Source: an uncultured delta proteobacterium (lineage in GTDB: Bacteria; Myxococcota_A; Polyangia; Polyangiales; Polyangiaceae). Taken from it: a stretch of 64,000 bases of DNA. The notes under the pieces are model-generated. The model was not told the DNA's origin. It saw nothing but the letters and a program-made list of their open reading frames with translations, and ran no database searches. Of the stretch, positions 52,621 to 62,084 are shown in pieces; position 1 is the stretch's first letter, and each line of letters opens with the position of its first letter. A program made the position numbers and the translations under genes. The stretch spans positions 64,001 through 128,000 of the forward strand of contig CAVOKF010000001.1 in NCBI GenBank assembly GCA_963696385.1. Direction: 5' to 3'.

Positions 52621-53976
52621 ATGAGCCGATCGCCTTTCCTCGCCCTCGTCGCTGGACTTTGGTTTCTCGGCCTGGCGGGCTGCGCAGGCCCGGTCGGTCC
52701 GGAAGGCGCGACTGGAGACGCCGGTCCACCGGGGCCTCAGGGCGCCACCGGCACGGCCGGGCCTGCCGGGCCCGCCGGTCCGGCGGGTCCTGCCGGCTCG
52801 GTGGGTGAAGCCGGAGCCGTTTCGATCTCGGTGTCGTGCTTGTCGCCGTGCCATGGCTTCAATGGGGTCATCACGCAGTACCAGGGAAGCACGCACTACC
52901 AGGTGTACCTGGCGAACGTGGATACGACGACCGCGGCGGAGTGGGTCGCTCCGGGCGACGCGTGCGGCAACTGCCACGCCATCGATGCCCTTCAGCAACG
53001 CGTCGCGGGAAACGTCATGACCGATGGCGACGCCGGCGTCGTCAACCTCGCTGGCGGCGAGCTTCAATACTGGGATACGACCAAGGATCCGGCCGCGCCG
53101 AACTACGCCAACTACGCCGGGACCGCCACGGTGGCGCAAGTTTATTGCACCACCTGCCATAACGTGACACCCGCCAACGATCCGCACGTCACGGGGATCC
53201 CGTGGACGCCGGGGTCCTTCCCGCTCAATGTCGCGCCCGACGGGGGCACCGTATTTCTCGAGAAAAGCCCCTCGGTCGGTGCGGTCACGGGCACGGCGAC
53301 CCCTCGCGACTACGGCCCGAGCGACACGTGCATTTGGTGCCACAAGTCGCGTGTCGACGTGACCAACTACATCGCCGCGGACGCGGGCAACCGGATCACG
53401 AGCGTCTACTGGGGACCGCACGAGGGGCCGATGGCCGACGTCTTCACGGGGCAAGGGGGCTATCAGTATCCGAACGTCACCTATTCCGAGGACTCCCACG
53501 AAGTGGTGCTCGGGTGTGTCGACTGCCACATGCCCAACGTCACGAGCAACGCCAACGTCCCCGACCACTCCTTCAATCCTCAGCTGAGTGTGTGCGCGAG
53601 TTGCCACATGCCGGCGCCGACGAACTTTGACGTGGGGGGTGGCGAGACGGTCATCAAGAGCGCGATGACCGACCTCCAACGGGCTTTGAACAACCAGGGC
53701 TGGCTGACGCGCGCGACCGCTCCGCCCTACACCCCGCTGACCGATCCGGACGGCGGGGCCGGCCAGGTCGGCGACGGGAACTGGGCCGACGACAATCCGC
53801 TGCCGGGCGTGACCCTCACGGCGGCTCAGGCCGGGGCGCTCTACAACTATCTGATCATCTCCCGCGGCGGAGCCTACGGCGTGCACGCTCCGCTCTACGA
53901 AGGGCAGCTCCTCTACGATTCGTACGAGGCCGTGACCGGTGGCGCGCCGCCCACCTACTCGGCCGGCCGCCCGTAG
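52621..53976 (+). CDS. Hexaheme c-type cytochrome lipoprotein with N-terminal collagen-like stalk
   Basis: Lipobox LAGC; 15 Gly-X-Y triplets; CLSPCH, CGNCH, CTTCH, CIWCH, CVDCH, CASCH. Confidence 0.88.
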   Translation: MSRSPFLALVAGLWFLGLAGCAGPVGPEGATGDAGPPGPQGATGTAGPAGPAGPAGPAGSVGEAGAVSISVSCLSPCHGFNGVITQYQGSTHYQVYLANVDTTTAAEWVAPGDACGNCHAIDALQQRVAGNVMTDGDAGVVNLAGGELQYWDTTKDPAAPNYANYAGTATVAQVYCTTCHNVTPANDPHVTGIPWTPGSFPLNVAPDGGTVFLEKSPSVGAVTGTATPRDYGPSDTCIWCHKSRVDVTNYIAADAGNRITSVYWGPHEGPMADVFTGQGGYQYPNVTYSEDSHEVVLGCVDCHMPNVTSNANVPDHSFNPQLSVCASCHMPAPTNFDVGGGETVIKSAMTDLQRALNNQGWLTRATAPPYTPLTDPDGGAGQVGDGNWADDNPLPGVTLTAAQAGALYNYLIISRGGAYGVHAPLYEGQLLYDSYEAVTGGAPPTYSAGRP

Positions 53977-53984
53977 TCGCGGCG

Positions 53985-55529
53985 GTGAACTCGGCGATCG
54001 CTCGAACGATCGGCATCCTCTGCCTTTTGGCGTCGTGCCAAGAGGACCGGGCGACCGAGTCGCAGCCGCCGGGCTTCGACGTCGACGTGGGGGTGCCGAT
54101 CCTGCAGGCGCACTGCGTCTCCTGCCACGGGAATACGAACCCGGCCGCGGGCTGGAGCGCCACGTCGTATTTGGCCGCGATCGGCTGCGTCGCGCCTTCC
54201 GGCGCGCCGGCCACGCTCCCGGCGAGCGGGGCCGCTCCGATTCTCGCCGCGCTCGACACGGCACCGCACGTAGGGCTGCTTTCGGACTCCGATCGCTCGA
54301 CGCTCTTGGGATGGGTGGTCGCGGGCACCCCGGACGTCGTGGACGGGGTGCACGATCCAGGGTTTGCCGATCCGCGGTCGATCGCGTTCCACGGGACGAC
54401 CTTACGCGCTGTGCGCTGGGCCCCGATGCTCGACGCCGACGATCCGAACGCGTGCGGGCGCTGCCACGCGGGAGCGCCCTCGACCCCCGCCGGCGTCACA
54501 TCGCCTGCACCGGGCGCGCCCGCCTGTACGAGCTGCCACGACCAGCCCGGGGGAGCGCTGGCGTGCAGCACCTGCCACGGATCCGGTACGATCGCCTACC
54601 CCCCGCGGGATCCTTGCTTTTTCCCGGGTGACGCGGTCAACGCCGGGGCCCATGCGGCGCACGTCCAGCCCTCGGAGGCTTTGCCGACGGGAGTCGCGTG
54701 CTCGACGTGCCATCCGGTGCCCGGCAATCCGGTCATCGGGGGCTATCACGGCGACGGGACCGTCGAGATCCTCTTTGATCCGACGGTCGTGGCCGGCGAA
54801 GCCAGCTACGACCGCGCGACGCAGACCTGTGCGGTTTATTGCCACGACCAGGGCGGCGCCCGGCCGCGACCGACCTGGAGCGAGACCACGCCGATGGCGT
54901 GCGGCGACTGCCACGGCTCGCCACCGAGCGGTCACTACGTGGGGCCGTGCAGCAATTGCCACGCGGAGGCGAATGCCACGGGCACGGCGCTGACCGGTGG
55001 GCCGCTGCACCTGAACGGCAAGGTCGACCTCGGCAACGGCAGCGGCCTCTGCGGCGCGTGCCACGGCAGCGGCAGTAGCCCGTGGCCGAGCACGGCCGCG
55101 CACCCGGCGCATCAGAATCCGACGATCACGGTGCCGCTCGATTGCACGAATTGCCACGTGGTGCCGAGCACGATCCTGGATCCCGTTCACCTGGATGGCA
55201 CGGTGCATGTCACGCTCTCGGGGCTCGCCATGGCGCGCGGATCGCTGCCAGCATGGGACGGCACCCAGTGCACGAACGTCGCGTGCCATGGGGCCAACCT
55301 GGCCGGCCCTGCGGCCGCCCCGGCCTGGAACGACACGTCGGGGGCGCAGGCCAAGTGCGGGGCATGTCACGGAATTCCACCCTCCGATCACACCCCCGCG
55401 ACGGACTGCAACCGCTCGGATTGCCACGGCTCGGAGGTGTCGATCGATGCCAACGGCACTCCGTCGATTGCCGCGATCGGCTTATCCCGCCACATCGACG
55501 GCATCATCGAGTTCGCCGGCTCCGAGTGA
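53985..55529 (+). CDS. Multiheme cytochrome lipoprotein, CxxxxCH/CxxCH-domain type (~13 heme motifs)
   Basis: Lipobox LASC; 10 CxxCH plus CAVYCH, CTNVACH, CNRSDCH; repeated H..H / H.DG.V / P.W / CG.CHG.PP units. Confidence 0.88.
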   Translation: MNSAIARTIGILCLLASCQEDRATESQPPGFDVDVGVPILQAHCVSCHGNTNPAAGWSATSYLAAIGCVAPSGAPATLPASGAAPILAALDTAPHVGLLSDSDRSTLLGWVVAGTPDVVDGVHDPGFADPRSIAFHGTTLRAVRWAPMLDADDPNACGRCHAGAPSTPAGVTSPAPGAPACTSCHDQPGGALACSTCHGSGTIAYPPRDPCFFPGDAVNAGAHAAHVQPSEALPTGVACSTCHPVPGNPVIGGYHGDGTVEILFDPTVVAGEASYDRATQTCAVYCHDQGGARPRPTWSETTPMACGDCHGSPPSGHYVGPCSNCHAEANATGTALTGGPLHLNGKVDLGNGSGLCGACHGSGSSPWPSTAAHPAHQNPTITVPLDCTNCHVVPSTILDPVHLDGTVHVTLSGLAMARGSLPAWDGTQCTNVACHGANLAGPAAAPAWNDTSGAQAKCGACHGIPPSDHTPATDCNRSDCHGSEVSIDANGTPSIAAIGLSRHIDGIIEFAGSE

Positions 55530-55551
55530 TCGTGCGCTGAGCCCCTCCGGG

Positions 55552-57112
55552 TCACGGGCTCGAAGCCCGGAACACGTGGCAACCGGTGCACACCGATACG
55601 CCGGGCTCGTGGTCGCCCCGGTCGGTGTGGCAACTTGCCGTGCACGTGGCGCGATCGTCGCGTGGCGGCTCGTGGGGCGACACGTGGCAGCTGGCGCACG
55701 CCGCGTGGCCCGGCACGGCATGGAGCCCCGGTAACGTGGCCGGCGCATGGCACGTCGTGCAAGCGGGGGGCGCGGCGATGCCGCCGGGGCCGTGGGGGCG
55801 ATGGCAGTTCCCGCAGCCTCCCGGGATCGCCCCGTGCGGCTCGCGGGTCTTGTCCGCATGGCACGAGGCGCACGGGGGCGTGGGCTGCCCGCCGTGGGGC
55901 TCGTGGCAACCGATGCAGCGCTGGTGGCCCGCGGGCGCGGACTTCTGTTCGACGGCATGGCAGGTGCCGCAAGGCGCCGGCGCCGCAATCGCATGCACGA
56001 CCGATGCGCCGTGGCACGACACGCAGTCGGCATGGCCGGGGTTCGATGCGACGAGCGTGGTCTCGTGGACGTGACAGTCTCGGCACAGGGTCTTTTCGTC
56101 CAGCCCCTCGAAGGCGTGCGGCTTGTGGCACGCCTCGCAGACGATGGCTCCGCTGTGCGCGCCGGTGTCGGTGGAGGCCACCTTCTCGTGACAGCTCGTG
56201 CACGTGGCCGCGACCGCGGTCGGATCGTCCGTGTGGGGCCGATGGCACGTGACACACGCGGCCGCGTTCCCGTGACTCACCTGGACGTCCTGGTGGCATC
56301 GCGCACAAGCGGCCGCGGCCGCGCCGGGAGCGTGCGGATTGTGGCAGTTCACGCAAACGGCGTGGGCCGGGACCTCGCTGGCGACCAGCGTGGTCTTGGG
56401 GCCGTGGCAGCTGACGCACACGCTGGCTTTCGCGACGAAGCTGTGAGGCTCGTGACAATTGAGGCACGCGTCGTGGGCGCTCGGGTGCGGTTCTGACCCC
56501 TGCGCATGGCAGCTCGCGCAGGCGGCCTTCGCCGCGGACGCAGGCTCGTGGGGGCGGTGGCAGTCGAGGCAACCCTTCGAATCCGGCGTGCTCGCCGTGC
56601 TCGGGCGCGCGCTCGCGGTGGCAACTCGTGCAATCCGCCGGGACGATGGAAGGGGTCTCGTGCAGGCGGTGGCACGTCGTGCAGTCGACGGTCGCGTGTT
56701 GCACCACGGCCGGCAGAAGGCCCTCCGGCCTCGCGTGGCAGTCGATGCATGTCGGCTCGGCACGCCCGATCGCGAACGCATGGCAGGTCAGGCAGTCGGT
56801 CGAGCGGGACGGACTGCCGTGGTGGGCGACGCCGGTTTCCCTCGCATGGCATTTCGTGCAGACCGCCGTGCCGGGGTTTTTGAACCCGTCGCGCTCGAAG
56901 TCGTGGCAGTCGTGGCACTCGGCCTTCGCCGCGCCCACGTGCGTCCGGTGACCGGGAGTCGTGCGCGCCTGGGCCCACGACGCGGGCACGAAGTCGGGCG
57001 TCACGCTCTTCGCCCTGTGCCGCCCGATCAGGACCCGCACCGCGAGGCATGCGGCCACGATCACGACCGCGCCGGCGAGGCCAAAGAGGACTCGTCGGAC
57101 CCCCCGGGTCAT
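55552..57112 (-). CDS. ~25-heme c-type cytochrome, single-base insertion at 56580/56581
   Basis: 6 CxxCH in ORF 55388..57139, then 18 CxxCH + CTASCH in ORF 55552..56781. One-base removal gives 519 aa. ATGA-coupled to the upstream gene. Confidence 0.88.
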
Positions 57113-58146
57113 GGACCGACCCCGTGACACAGACGACACGGCACGTCGCGGTGAACGTCCTTGTGGCTCGTGAAGCCGGGACCGTGAGGGTTGCCGCCCG
57201 GTCCGCCGACGCGATGGCAGCCGACGCAGAGGGTCTCGCCGGCGCCTCCGTGGCAGCCCGCGCAGGACACCGGATCGATGCGGGCCTGCACCCCGTGCTC
57301 GCCGTTCGCCCAGCCCGGCGGGTGGGGGCTAGGCGCCGCGGAGCCGGCGACGTTCTCACGAGTGTGGCAGTCGACGCACGAGCTTTCCGTGTGGCACGTC
57401 GTGCAGACCCCCGGATCGGCCCTCGCTTCCTCGGGGTGACGAGCCATGAATCCGGCGCGATGAATGCCGGACAGGCTCACCTCGCCCAAGGCGAGCTTCC
57501 AGGGCAGGGCAGGGACCGTGCCCTCACCATGGCACGACGCGCACTGCCGCTCGGTGTGGCAGCTCGCGCAGAGGTCGCGCGCGCTGGCCGCTCGTACACC
57601 ATGCTCGCGGACGAAGTCAGCGTCGTGAACGAGGTGATCGTCGGGCGGTACTCCCTCGTCGCGCAAATCGACGTGGCAGCCGTTGCAGTCGCGCATCGCC
57701 CACTGGTCGCGGTGCTCGTGGCATCCGAAGCAGGTGGCCATCTTCGGCAAGACGGTCTCCGGACGCGCTTCGGCCACGTCGGAATGGCACCGAACGCAAT
57801 CGCCGTGGACCGCACCCATGTGGCGTGGGTGATCGAATCGAAGCTGCGCGCGTGCGAGCTCCGCCACTTGGCGTACGTACGGTTCGCCGTGACACAGCAT
57901 GCACGGTCGATCGTCGTGGGGCTTCTCGTGGCATCGCCGGCAGACGGCGTCGGACGGAAAATGGATCGGCCCCGTGTCTCCAGCGAGCGCGACCCCTACA
58001 TGGCATTCGACGCAGTTGATGCCCTTGAGCACGTGGGCGCGGTGCTCGAACGGGTGCGACGGCAGATCATGACGAAGGCCGAGCACGCTGGCGCACGCCG
58101 CGAGCGCGATCGACACGACCATCCCGAGCGTGAAACGCATCCTCAT
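57109..58146 (-). CDS. 13-heme c-type cytochrome lipoprotein (c3/c7-like N-terminal repeats)
   Basis: Lipobox LAAC; F.H..H motifs; 13 CxxCH. Confidence 0.9.
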   Translation of the reverse strand: MRMRFTLGMVVSIALAACASVLGLRHDLPSHPFEHRAHVLKGINCVECHVGVALAGDTGPIHFPSDAVCRRCHEKPHDDRPCMLCHGEPYVRQVAELARAQLRFDHPRHMGAVHGDCVRCHSDVAEARPETVLPKMATCFGCHEHRDQWAMRDCNGCHVDLRDEGVPPDDHLVHDADFVREHGVRAASARDLCASCHTERQCASCHGEGTVPALPWKLALGEVSLSGIHRAGFMARHPEEARADPGVCTTCHTESSCVDCHTRENVAGSAAPSPHPPGWANGEHGVQARIDPVSCAGCHGGAGETLCVGCHRVGGPGGNPHGPGFTSHKDVHRDVPCRLCHGVGP

Positions 58147-59402
58147 CGGGTTCCCGAGGAGGGGCCGGGTGGCGCCGCGGTTTCGGGCCCGCCCAGCGCG
58201 TACGAGAGACGCACCAGGGCATCGGCCTCGTAGCGGAGCTGGGGCGTCGCAGAGGCTTCCAGAGCGCCCGCGACCTGCCAGCCGTTAGGGGACCGCCACG
58301 ACAGCGCCGACAGGCCCCACGGCCACGCGACGCCGCGTCCGTCGGGGTGGTCGGCCGCGACAATCTCGATCTCCGACGAGTAGCAAAAGCCCTTGCCCAA
58401 GGGCACGGCACCGATGGCGCGCACCCCCGTCCACCGCGCTCCGGGCAGATCGACGCGGCGCAGCTCGATTCCGAGGTTGCCGTTGCCCCGGTCGTCGAGG
58501 CGCAGCGTCGCGCGCACCCACCCGTTGCCGCCGAGATCGCCCGCGACGTCCTGACCGGCGCCGCTCGCGAGCAGGTCGAGCCGTGGGGCCGCTCGCCACC
58601 GAACGGTCGCCCCAATCGTCTGCGACGGCAGGTCGCCGAGCACGGAGAACAGCGACGTCGCGGGCAGCAGCCTGCCGGGCGACAGCTGCGACCCGAATAG
58701 CTCGAAGCGCCAATCGTTCCATCGTGCGGCGGCCGACGCGCGAGCCTCCGCGATCCCGGGGTTCTCGAGGTCGTACGCGCCGAACGCTGCGACGTCGAGC
58801 CAACGAGCCGGAGCCGCCGCAAGGTCGGCCCCCACCTCTTCACTCGAGATCTCCCCGTCCTCGCGCCGCTGCACGTAGGAGACGCCCAGTGTCACGGTGT
58901 CGGCGACCCTTTGGGCGACCCGACCCCCGGCGATCCAGTCGTAGCTGCGCGCCCCGAAGCGCGGGACCACCGGAAGCCCGCCGAAGGTCTCCACCGTGGA
59001 TCCCCACGGGGCACGTCCGATCACATGCACTCCGTCGATTTGCACCGGGTGCACCGCACCTGTGGCGATCACGAAGCGTCCGGCGAGGGCTTCGACATAC
59101 CCGTGCGGCTCGCGGAGCCGGACGGTCAGCACCAGGACATCGCCGGTGAAATGCGGCGAACGCGCACCGGCCCAGACCAGCGCTTCGGCGCTGATCCATG
59201 GGCGCATCGCGTCCTGCCCCTGAAGGACGACAAGTCCCGCCGGGGATGACGTCCCCTGCGTCTCGGCGAGAGCGTCGGCCCGAAGCCGCAGGGGGTCCGC
59301 CCCCGCCCCCGACCCGAGTCCCATGGCACCGGCGACGGTCGTCGCCGCACACGCCACAAAGCGTCGCCGCGGGGGACGACTGGCCGTTGTCTTGCAAGAC
59401 AT
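58143..59402 (-). CDS. Putative outer-membrane beta-barrel (porin of a porin-cytochrome complex)
   Basis: Signal peptide (AGA-DP); amphipathic strands (AGRF...IDGV, LGVSY, RLSY); first gene of the multiheme operon. Confidence 0.7.
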   Translation of the reverse strand: MSCKTTASRPPRRRFVACAATTVAGAMGLGSGAGADPLRLRADALAETQGTSSPAGLVVLQGQDAMRPWISAEALVWAGARSPHFTGDVLVLTVRLREPHGYVEALAGRFVIATGAVHPVQIDGVHVIGRAPWGSTVETFGGLPVVPRFGARSYDWIAGGRVAQRVADTVTLGVSYVQRREDGEISSEEVGADLAAAPARWLDVAAFGAYDLENPGIAEARASAAARWNDWRFELFGSQLSPGRLLPATSLFSVLGDLPSQTIGATVRWRAAPRLDLLASGAGQDVAGDLGGNGWVRATLRLDDRGNGNLGIELRRVDLPGARWTGVRAIGAVPLGKGFCYSSEIEIVAADHPDGRGVAWPWGLSALSWRSPNGWQVAGALEASATPQLRYEADALVRLSYALGGPETAAPPGPSSGTR

Positions 59403-59453
59403 GGTCGGCGTGGGCCCCGTGCAAGTCCCAGGCGCGCGTCGCGAGGCCATCGG

Positions 59454-60107
59454 GTGACCCTGCTGGCGTCGTCGCCCTTGGCGGTGGTCGAGTGCGCGAG
59501 CGCGGCGTTGTCGGCGACCATCCTGGTCGGCTACCTCGTCTTGCGTCCGCCACTGATGCGCGCCACCAAGCTGTGGCTGCTTCTCGGGCTCGGTGTGTTC
59601 CCCATCGGCGCGGCTTTTGCGGGCAACGTGCAGGGCTTCGAGGCGACCAAAGATCGCGTGTTTTGCGGGTCATGCCACGTCATGGCGCTGCACCGTGCCG
59701 ATTCCGACGACCGCGCAAGCGGATCGCTCGCATCGCGGCACGCTCGCAATGCCATGTTCGGTAACGAAAACTGTTACGTGTGCCATGCCGACTACGGGAT
59801 GTTTGGCACGATCCTGACCAAGGCCGGCGGCCTGAGACACGTATGGTTGTACTTGACCGAATACCGACAGACGCCTGTCGAAGAGGCCAAAAAGACGATC
59901 CATCTGCGCGAGCCCTCGAAGATGAACGGAAACTGCATGCAGTGCCATTCGACCGACGACACGCTTTGGCTCAAAGTGCCCGACCATAGGGCGTCGCTCG
60001 ACGACACCCGGGCCGGGCGTTTGGGCTGCGCGAGCGAAGGCTGCCATGGGCTCGCCCACCCGTTCTTTCAGGCTCCCGGGGCGGCCGACAAGGCGGGAAA
60101 GCCTTGA
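59454..60107 (+). CDS. NapC/NirT-family membrane-anchored tetraheme cytochrome
   Basis: Two N-terminal TM segments; T...FCGSCH.M, CYVCH, K..GLRH, CMQCH, CASEGCH..AH. Confidence 0.85.
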   Translation: MTLLASSPLAVVECASAALSATILVGYLVLRPPLMRATKLWLLLGLGVFPIGAAFAGNVQGFEATKDRVFCGSCHVMALHRADSDDRASGSLASRHARNAMFGNENCYVCHADYGMFGTILTKAGGLRHVWLYLTEYRQTPVEEAKKTIHLREPSKMNGNCMQCHSTDDTLWLKVPDHRASLDDTRAGRLGCASEGCHGLAHPFFQAPGAADKAGKP

Positions 60108-60343
60108 GCGCACGACCTGTCGACGTACGGTGGTTAATCGTTTCGTGCGTGTGCGCGCTCGCCGCGCTGGCGCTCATGACGTGGCAGGTCTTCAACCCGA
60201 CGGTCTGGCCCGTCATCGTCGCCATGTCGCTCGGGCAGGTGCTCGGCACCGCGTCTTTCGCCGCGTTCGGGTACGTCGTCTTCGCCGACTTCCGGGCCCA
60301 ACGTCGAGCCGACAGGGTATCGAGGTCGATCCCGCCGACGTGA
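60104..60343 (+). CDS. Small two-TM membrane protein
   Basis: TTG start overlaps the NapC stop; two hydrophobic segments, GQ..GT motif. Confidence 0.65.
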   Translation: MSARPVDVRWLIVSCVCALAALALMTWQVFNPTVWPVIVAMSLGQVLGTASFAAFGYVVFADFRAQRRADRVSRSIPPT

Positions 60344-60614
60344 TCCTCGTTCAACTCGAGCTCGCTGGCTCGATCCTTCGGGCCCTGGCCGCGCTTTGGG
60401 CAAAATGCGAAAGGCACTGTGGCGAATCGCGAATGTTCCTTGCTGATTCGGATCGGCTGCTTTGCGCATCCGGGCAGGCGAGCGCCCTTGTGCTTGAAAC
60501 CGGCCCCGACCGTTCCATCCGCGTCGCGCTCGCAGCGGCCGTTCAACCTCCGGTGCGCACGCGCGTTTTCGGAGTCGAATCGGGGCGCGCTGCCTCCGCA
60601 CGCCTTGCGCAGAC

Positions 60615-60630
60615 CGGCACGGTTTGCGCA
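60615..60630 (+). promoter_or_regulatory. sigma54-like promoter
   Basis: CGGCACGGTTTGCGCA, 15 nt before ATG 60646. Confidence 0.5.
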
Positions 60631-60645
60631 TGATAAGCCCCGTCC

Positions 60646-61491
60646 ATGTCGATCCGGATCGCATCGCTGGCGGTGATTCCGGCGGTCCTGCTCGCGGGCG
60701 GCCTGGCGCTCTACGGCGTGGAGCGCGAACCAGACGCGACCGCTGCCGCTCACGGGATCTCCGCGCCGCCGGCCGCCGAGGGTGAGGCGCTGCCCTTCGG
60801 AAGCGACGAGCCCCCCCTTCCGCCCGACCACCCGCCCATTGGATCGGCGAACTCGCCGTTCGAGCAAGGCGAAGCCCTGCCACCCAACCACCCGCCCATT
60901 GGATCGGCGAACTCGCCGTTCGAACAAGGCGAAGCGCTGCCACCCAACCACCCGCCCATCGGATCGGCGAACTCGCCGTTCGAACAAGGCGAAGCGCTGC
61001 CACCCAACCACCCGCCCATCGGATCGGCGAACTCGCAGCTCGGGTCGCTGGCCCGTGCTTCCGACGATCCCTCTGCGATCGTCTGGAAAATGCCAAAAGG
61101 CTGGCAGGAGACGCCGAGCCCGAATGCGATGCGACTAGCGACGTACCGCGTTGCCGGTTCGGTGGAGGTGATCGTGTTGCGCGCCGGGGGCGCGACGCAG
61201 GCCAACATCGACCGATGGGTCGCGCAGTTCGACGACGTCGGCCACCAGGGACGCGTGGACAAGACGGTGCACGGCCTGCACGCCGTCACGGTCGACGTCT
61301 CCGGCACCTACGTCGGCGGCGGCATGACGATGGGGGCACCGGCCGATCCGAAGCGCGACTGGGCGATGGTGGGCGCCATCGTCGAGAGCCAGAGCCCTTC
61401 GTATTTCTTCAAGATGACGGGACCGGCAGCGGCGGTTCGCGCGGCGCGTCCCGCGTTCGACCGCATGATCGACAGCATCGCACCCCTTTGA
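60646..61491 (+). CDS. Exported/anchored protein with LPPxHPPI repeats and a conserved C-terminal globular domain
   Basis: N-terminal hydrophobic segment; W..P.GW, MRLATY, GG...NIDRW..QF, FFKMTGP. Confidence 0.75.
   Translation: MSIRIASLAVIPAVLLAGGLALYGVEREPDATAAAHGISAPPAAEGEALPFGSDEPPLPPDHPPIGSANSPFEQGEALPPNHPPIGSANSPFEQGEALPPNHPPIGSANSPFEQGEALPPNHPPIGSANSQLGSLARASDDPSAIVWKMPKGWQETPSPNAMRLATYRVAGSVEVIVLRAGGATQANIDRWVAQFDDVGHQGRVDKTVHGLHAVTVDVSGTYVGGGMTMGAPADPKRDWAMVGAIVESQSPSYFFKMTGPAAAVRAARPAFDRMIDSIAPL
60815..61036. repeat. 60-bp in-frame tandem repeat, ~4 copies (LPPNHPPIGSANSPFEQGEA)
   Basis: ggatcggcgaactcgc at 60841, 60901, 60961 and 61021. Confidence 0.95.
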
Positions 61492-61754
61492 CCGACGCGC
61501 CGCGGAGGCGCGATCGCGACCCCATCCGCAACCGGACGGGCGAACGTGGCACTGCCGCACGGAGTCGAAGCCGCGGTGTGCGTCCTTCGAAACGCAACAC
61601 CGGCCCGGCCAATGGCAAGGATGCCACCGGGTCCGTTGCGTCGGCGGCGCGTTCAGCCCCATCAAACTCCTATTCTTTGGGGACGACCCCATGTGTGCGG
61701 CCAAAGTGTTGAATGGCATAGGACGTGTTTTTCGGATTCAGTCGAATGATCGGA

Positions 61755-62084
61755 ATGCTCAGAAACCAGCCCACTCCTTCGATGGTCGTTGCTGCTGCGC
61801 TCGCCTTCTCGATCGCGCCGAGCGTCGCCGCCGGAGAGAGCGACGCGGCCAGCGCGTGCATCTCGTTTTGGGGCGAGACGCGGTTTGGAGGCGTTGGGTT
61901 CACCCATGTCGTCCACGTCGCCAACAAGTGCGCGGCGAGCGCGGTGTGCGCCGTCAGCACCGACACAGAACCGACTCCTCAGGCTGTCACCGTGGGCGGA
62001 AAACAAGCTGTGGAGGTCGTCACCTACCTTGAATCGCCGGCGTCAAAGTTCACGCCGCGCGTGACGTGCTCGATGCAGCGCTAG
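61755..62084 (+). CDS. Small secreted protein with four Cys (start uncertain)
   Basis: Signal-like segment; C...ETRF...GF.H.V...N.C.....C.VSTD..P...SPA..F.P.V.C. Confidence 0.6.
   Translation: MLRNQPTPSMVVAAALAFSIAPSVAAGESDAASACISFWGETRFGGVGFTHVVHVANKCAASAVCAVSTDTEPTPQAVTVGGKQAVEVVTYLESPASKFTPRVTCSMQR

Noticed and set aside
52621..53976. Calling the hexaheme protein an OmcS nanowire or NrfA
   Set aside because: Heme count alone is insufficient; it has a lipobox and collagen stalk, no CxxCK motif, and homology cannot be verified without a search.
60340..60633. Possible ORF continuing the NapC operon
   Set aside because: GTGA overlap exists, but the composition is not convincingly protein-like and it runs over the next promoter candidate.
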